Assembly (NCBI GenBank): GCA_963719005.1
Contig: CAVRAR010000014.1
Location: 1,392,901-1,456,900, forward strand
Reading direction: 5' to 3'
Origin: an uncultured Planctomycetia bacterium
GTDB lineage: Bacteria > Planctomycetota > Planctomycetia > Pirellulales > Thermoguttaceae
Length of the DNA stretch: 64,000 bases
Position 1 is the first letter of the stretch. The number at the start of each line of letters is the position of its first letter. A program made the position numbers and the translations under genes. Positions 59,882-64,000 of this stretch are shown in pieces. The notes under the pieces were generated by a model. The model had not been told where the DNA came from. It worked only from the letters and a program-made list of their open reading frames with translations, and did not search any database.

Positions 59882-61176
59882 GGCTTGGAGCGGTCCTGCC
59901 GCTGGCCTTTGAGATACTCTAGCCACATGTCGGCCGTCTCGCGTATGAAGCGCTTGAGGTTTTTTTCGTGCTGCGGAATCGTCCACGGGAAATCCACGAC
60001 AACCCAATCGTAGTCTATTGCCACGAAGTGCAAACGTTCTCCGGCCTTGGAATAGAGGACGCGAACTCTGACCCCCTGCGAATTCCGTTTCACCCCCCTG
60101 TACCAGACGGCCGTTTTCGCTTCCGACGGGAAAGGCAGATCACGAGACCGACCCGCCGAAGACAAGCGAGCAGCGGAATCGGGCGGCTGCTCACAAATTT
60201 CGTATCCTTGCGTCACAAGCCAACGGTCGATATCGGTCAGGAAGGAGTCGGACAAGCGGCGGTCCGTCTGGCCGTAACCCGGCTCGGCATTCGTGCCGCA
60301 TATTCGATCGGACTGGCTATGGTTCGTCAACTGCGTATATCCGGCCAAGAGAACGGCGGCGACAACGATCAGCAGGCCCTTCCCCAATGTCCGGCGGTCA
60401 AGCCAGATTGCCAACAGGCCAAGTCCCACGAGTCCTGCCATCGTGAGGTGCCAGAAGGGAACCGTCTGCTGAGAGACGCCGGCCAAGATCACGGCGGCCG
60501 CCGCCGCGAGGATCAGCAACGCTCGAATGCCGAACTGAACGGGCGGTCCGCGATCCAGGCCGAAATCGCTTGCCGACGGCAGTCTCTTCACCATGCCCTT
60601 CAGTCCGGCAATCGTTTGCCACAGCGAAACGAGCGACTGCATCCAAACAATTATCGCGATCACGAAGAGAATGGAAAGCGGAATCATCACGCCTGCGGGG
60701 GTGTAAACCGGGGAAATCACGCCGATCTCGCCCCGCACCGCCCAGAGGCTCAGACAACTCGCGCCTGCGTTGGCGGGCAATCCGACGCGCCACAACAAGT
60801 TGTTCCTTCGCCAACTTTTCTCCGCGCGCTTCAGAGACGCTGTTTCGCACATTTGCCGCATGACCGCGCAAAACCCCATGGCGGCCAGAGCGTTGAGAAT
60901 GCCAAGTGCGACGCCGACGATCTTCTCCACAGAGGAAACCGCGCTCGAGCATTCGGCGAACGGCGCCCAGAGAGCGTCGAGCAGCGACACGATCGCGATG
61001 AGCTTTATCAGTAAGCCGTGGCGACCCGCCGCGGAAGCCTTGACCAGGCCGATCATCCCCACGGCGATAATGGCGTATCCGAGAACGCCGTTGAACAAGC
61101 CGGCGCCGCCCACCGAGACGACGATCGCCAGCAGCACGCCCCAGAAGACCCATTTCAATGATTGCAGAACAGACAC
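59878..61176 (-). CDS. polytopic membrane protein, unknown function, inside the menaquinone cluster
   Basis: About 10 hydrophobic segments and a C-terminal soluble domain. No recognisable family. Confidence 0.4.
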   Translation of the reverse strand: MSVLQSLKWVFWGVLLAIVVSVGGAGLFNGVLGYAIIAVGMIGLVKASAAGRHGLLIKLIAIVSLLDALWAPFAECSSAVSSVEKIVGVALGILNALAAMGFCAVMRQMCETASLKRAEKSWRRNNLLWRVGLPANAGASCLSLWAVRGEIGVISPVYTPAGVMIPLSILFVIAIIVWMQSLVSLWQTIAGLKGMVKRLPSASDFGLDRGPPVQFGIRALLILAAAAAVILAGVSQQTVPFWHLTMAGLVGLGLLAIWLDRRTLGKGLLIVVAAVLLAGYTQLTNHSQSDRICGTNAEPGYGQTDRRLSDSFLTDIDRWLVTQGYEICEQPPDSAARLSSAGRSRDLPFPSEAKTAVWYRGVKRNSQGVRVRVLYSKAGERLHFVAIDYDWVVVDFPWTIPQHEKNLKRFIRETADMWLEYLKGQRQDRSKP

Positions 61177-61358
61177 AATGCTTCCTCACAGTTGCAGGCT
61201 CTTGAATTTCCGATTGCCACTGTCGCAGGACGACAGCCGGGAGCTAACAGCTCCCGGAGAGCAATCAGCGACTTCGCATATTCCGGGAGTCGTTGACTCC
61301 CGGCTATTCTTGTTGCTTAATTCGTTTACCTATCACAAAACAGTCTCGATTCGCAGCG

Positions 61359-62852
61359 TCACTCCGAACCCAGTTTTCGCGTTGCATCGATCGCCATCTT
61401 CTGCCCCAATTCCCCGATACGCGCCGCCGGGTCGAACGGGTCGGTCGGGCCTTGGTCGATAAGAACGTCGCGGGCGGGATTCATGTTGGCCGACACGGCC
61501 GCCAGCACGGCTTGATGGTCGCGAACGTCAACGTCGTCATCGACCACCACGAGTGTCTTGGCGAACATCATCGGCTGCAACCCCCATGCCGCATGAGCCG
61601 CACGGCGGCCCTGGCCGGCGTATGTCTTGCGAATCGATACCGACGCCCAATAACGCGCGGCGGCGGACTCGGGCATGTCGTAATCGACCAACTCGGGCAT
61701 CGCCGATCGCGTGAGCGGCAAGAACGCACGCTGCATCGCCCGAGCCACCGTCACGGCCTCGTGCGGCGGCTTTGCGGGAACCATCACCACGTAAATCGGA
61801 TTCGCCCGCTGCGTCAGGGCCGTTACGTGCATCACCGCTGCGGCCAGCGGCAGCGTGGCATGGCCCAACGGTCCGCACAACGGGCCAGCCGTCACCGGCG
61901 ACTCCACGGGATCGACGCAACCTTCCAGCACAATCTCCGCCTCGGCGGGCACCATGAGATCGACGTCGCGGCAGGCGACCACATCAAGCGGCTTTTGCCG
62001 CAACAAACCCGCAACGGCGCAAACGTCGCCCCCGGCCGGCAGCGGCGCCGCCGCCGCCAACAGGAACGCCGGATCGCCGCCGATGACCACAGCCAGCGGC
62101 ATCTTCCGGTTTCGCGCCCGATAGTCGCCCAACAACCGGGCGTGGTCGTCGTGCGCCGCCCAGCAGACGGCAAGCCGCGCGGCGTCGAGCTGTTGCAGAT
62201 CGAAACGTCCCGCAACCGGCCGATGCGAGTCGGCCTCGGCAGAGAAAACCACTGCGGACGTGATCGCACGCAAGGGGACGGAGGACGTTGTCGGGGACTG
62301 TCCTAATTTTTGCGGGCACCGCGGCGAAGCCGTGGTCGTCGAAGATGGGACTGTCCCCTTTGCCGGGATTTTCCCGACAACCTCTTCCGTCCCCATCCGC
62401 GCAGGCGAGACGCCTGCGCCACAAGCCAATAGCGGCAGTTCGTTCAGATCGATGTCGTCGCCCAGCCGCACGATCTGCTGACAGGCCGCCGACTTGACCT
62501 CGCGCGGCGTCACAGCGGAAATCGCCGCCGCCGGCGAGCCGCTCTTGAGGCGCTCGAACCAGCCTTCCGGCGAGGAGACATCGACCAGCCGAGCGATTCG
62601 TTCGGTCAACTGGTCGAGCGTCGAAATGCCCAGCGCCCGGCAGATGCGTCCTTCCGTGCCCAGCAGGTTGGCGAGCACCGGCAGATCGTGCCCCCTGACG
62701 ACCCCAAAGAGTAGAGCTGGTCCACCCGATCGTGCCGCTTGGGCGACAATCTCGCCGGCTTCCAGGCTTGCATCGACTTCGTTTTCCAGCCGGTTCAATT
62801 CGCCGTCGCGGCTCAGTTCTTCCAGAAACTCGGCTAGGCATCGGTATGGCAT
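61359..62852 (-). CDS. UbiD-family decarboxylase (MqnM-like, menaquinone biosynthesis)
   Basis: ..GGPALLFGVVRGHDLPVLANLLGTEGR.., ..ANPIYVVMVPAKPP.., C-terminal ..VVVDDDVDVRDHQAVLAAV..PARD.. UbiD blocks. Carries an in-frame family-A-variant palindrome at 62293-62358. Confidence 0.8.
   Translation of the reverse strand: MPYRCLAEFLEELSRDGELNRLENEVDASLEAGEIVAQAARSGGPALLFGVVRGHDLPVLANLLGTEGRICRALGISTLDQLTERIARLVDVSSPEGWFERLKSGSPAAAISAVTPREVKSAACQQIVRLGDDIDLNELPLLACGAGVSPARMGTEEVVGKIPAKGTVPSSTTTASPRCPQKLGQSPTTSSVPLRAITSAVVFSAEADSHRPVAGRFDLQQLDAARLAVCWAAHDDHARLLGDYRARNRKMPLAVVIGGDPAFLLAAAAPLPAGGDVCAVAGLLRQKPLDVVACRDVDLMVPAEAEIVLEGCVDPVESPVTAGPLCGPLGHATLPLAAAVMHVTALTQRANPIYVVMVPAKPPHEAVTVARAMQRAFLPLTRSAMPELVDYDMPESAAARYWASVSIRKTYAGQGRRAAHAAWGLQPMMFAKTLVVVDDDVDVRDHQAVLAAVSANMNPARDVLIDQGPTDPFDPAARIGELGQKMAIDATRKLGSE
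62293..62358. repeat. palindromic element, family A variant (GGGGACTGTCC..GGGACTGTCCCC with longer loop), in-frame in the ubiD-like gene
   Basis: Same GGGAC(A/T)GTCCC arms with a 42-nt loop. Translated as ..GKIPAKGTVPSSTTTASPRCPQKLGQSP... Confidence 0.75.
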
Positions 62853-62955
62853 GGCGGCATTGTAGAGGGGAAGGCCGGATGGGGGAAGGTGGAAGCGGGA
62901 ATTGGCATGAATTGCTCCCCGCCGACCGATAACAGATAATGCCCTCGGCGGGAGG

Positions 62956-63678
62956 GTGATCTTGTCAGGGGAGGAAGCGATGGGGTTGGATTCCGTCGAA
63001 CTGGTCCTGGAAGTGGAAAACACCTTCGGATTCTCCATCCCCGACGAGGATGCCGCCGGGCTGACGACCGTGGGCAAGCTTTACGACTACGTGCTCGCCC
63101 ATCGCTTCCGCGGCAAGCAAGACGCCTGCCTGAGCAGCATGACGTTCTACAAACTTCGGCGAGGCTTGATGTTGGTCCTTCAAGTCCCGAGAAATTCGGT
63201 GCGGGTCTCGACGGAGGTGTCGGCGATCATCCCCAAGCACCGACGGCGAAGCTGGCGAGCCCTCGAAAAAGCGACGGGCTTTCGCCTTCCCTTTCTCCGC
63301 CGCCCGGGCTGGGTCGTAACGCTCGGCACAGTGACGGCTATTGGGCTCGGCGTCGCAACGCCGGCATTGTTGGGACTCAAGCCATTTGGCGGCGGCGTTA
63401 TCGTGGCGCTCCTTTCAATGGGTCTGCTGGCGTATGCCCTCTTTTGGCTGACAGAGATTCTCGCGTACGAGTTTCCTCCGGATGTTGCAACAGTGGGCCA
63501 ACTGGCGAAGGCGACGCTTGCCCGCAACTACCAGCCGATTGTCGCGGAATCGAAGAAGTCGGCCACCGACGCCGAAGTTTGGGATATGCTGCAACGTATA
63601 ATTGGGGAGCAGTTGGGGGTTCGGATCGACCAACTCACGAAAGAAGCGAACTTTGTCAAAGATCTCCACGTCGATTGA
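62956..63678 (+). CDS. membrane protein with ACP-like (phosphopantetheine-attachment-like) segments at both ends
   Basis: N-terminal ..MGLDSVELVLEVENTFGFSIPDE.. and C-terminal ..IIGEQLGVRIDQLTKEANFVKDLHVD both resemble carrier-protein helix II (DSL/DSV Ser). Two TM helices between them. Confidence 0.35.
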   Translation: MILSGEEAMGLDSVELVLEVENTFGFSIPDEDAAGLTTVGKLYDYVLAHRFRGKQDACLSSMTFYKLRRGLMLVLQVPRNSVRVSTEVSAIIPKHRRRSWRALEKATGFRLPFLRRPGWVVTLGTVTAIGLGVATPALLGLKPFGGGVIVALLSMGLLAYALFWLTEILAYEFPPDVATVGQLAKATLARNYQPIVAESKKSATDAEVWDMLQRIIGEQLGVRIDQLTKEANFVKDLHVD

Positions 63679-63692
63679 CGCCGGCCGCTGAA

Positions 63693-63766
63693 GGGGACGG
63701 AGGAGGTTGTCGGGATAGATTTTCCCGTTATTCGGAGTTTCCTGCCGACAACCTCCTCCGTCCCCC
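63693..63766. repeat. perfect 21-bp-stem hairpin (GGGGACGGAGGAGGTTGTCGG..CCGACAACCTCCTCCGTCCCC)
   Basis: Intergenic, directly after the stop of 62956-63678. Probable terminator. The arm resembles the variant A element at 62283-62300. Confidence 0.6.
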
Positions 63767-63815
63767 TCCGCCACCAACAGTCGCCTTGCCCGGATATCTC
63801 CATACATATTCTCCC

Positions 63816-64000
63816 ATGAAACCGACGCTGAACGTTTACGCCCTGCCGAGACTCGTCGATCCCCAAGAGCTTGTCGGCGGAACGGCCGTGGTGATCGACG
63901 TGCTTCGCGCGACCACCACCATTGCGTATGCCCTGGACGCCGGCGCCGGGCAGATCATTCCCTGCCTGACCGTTGCCGATGCCCTGACCGCCGCCGAGCA
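63816..64000 (+). CDS. 2-phosphosulfolactate phosphatase (ComB) family protein, 5' partial at window end
   Basis: MKPTLNVYALPRLV..GGTAVVIDVLRATTTIAYAL.. ComB-family N-terminus. Truncated by the window. Confidence 0.5.
   Translation, partial: MKPTLNVYALPRLVDPQELVGGTAVVIDVLRATTTIAYALDAGAGQIIPCLTVADALTAAE

Noticed and set aside
21018-62358. Possible CRISPR array, suggested by the recurring GGGACAGTCCC-containing repeats
   Set aside because: Copies are tens of kb apart with no regular repeat-spacer periodicity. Each is an internal palindrome, most lie inside long ORFs, and I saw no cas genes.
1-64000. tRNA, rRNA or tmRNA genes
   Set aside because: No cloverleaf-like GTTC..GAATC or TAGCTCAG-type blocks or rRNA-like stretches noticed by eye. 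Not excluded, because I cannot run a covariance scan.

Overview
This 64 kb window is high-GC (about 65-68% by eye) with Planctomycetota-like gene content; that assignment is a guess from content only. Most of it is chromosomal housekeeping. Identified genes include argH, hemA with an upstream HemX/CcsA-like gene, a sigma-54 activator, an SbcD/SbcC-like nuclease-ATPase pair, a flotillin/NfeD operon, cls, msrBA, aroE, bioD, a roughly 1450-aa TPR protein, manC, a 3-hydroxyacyl-CoA dehydrogenase and a Wza-like exporter. There is also a mannitol-dehydrogenase-family/cupin/RuBisCO-like-protein cluster and a complete late futalosine menaquinone cluster (MqnC/E-family radical SAM, UbiA, UbiX, UbiE/MenG and UbiD homologs). 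Several islets of lower GC (about 50-55%) carry accessory and defense-type cargo. These are (1) a type II restriction-modification pair; (2) a HEPN-like candidate next to a Uma2 endonuclease; (3) an ABC/AAA_21-type ATPase with a DUF4276/RloB-like Toprim partner directly behind the sigma-54 activator; (4) a second ABC-type ATPase with a PIN-like partner, next to a large protein fusing a degenerate KaiC-like domain to a PEP-synthase-like (PPDK_N) ATP-grasp domain; (5) an IS3-family element beside a two-gene cassette of an unknown 239-aa protein plus a dCTP-deaminase-like protein; and (6) two paralogous small-protein/minimal-nucleotidyltransferase toxin-antitoxin-like pairs. The most unusual structural signal is a set of related palindromic repeat families (core GGGGACAG(G)TCCC, GTGTGCCACTGCTT..AAGCAGTGGCACAC, GGCGGACATTC..GAATGTCCGCC). 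They occur in intergenic DNA and also as in-frame insertions inside conserved genes (sbcD-like, sbcC-like, msrBA linker, GT87 membrane protein, ubiD-like), much like Rickettsia palindromic elements. A second family of AT-rich GAATGATGAA-type hairpins is strictly intergenic. The repeats are irregularly spaced and I found no CRISPR array, tRNA or rRNA. Many conserved genes carry single-base frameshifts. Their density suggests indel-prone sequencing rather than real pseudogenes, so I list them as CDS with notes.
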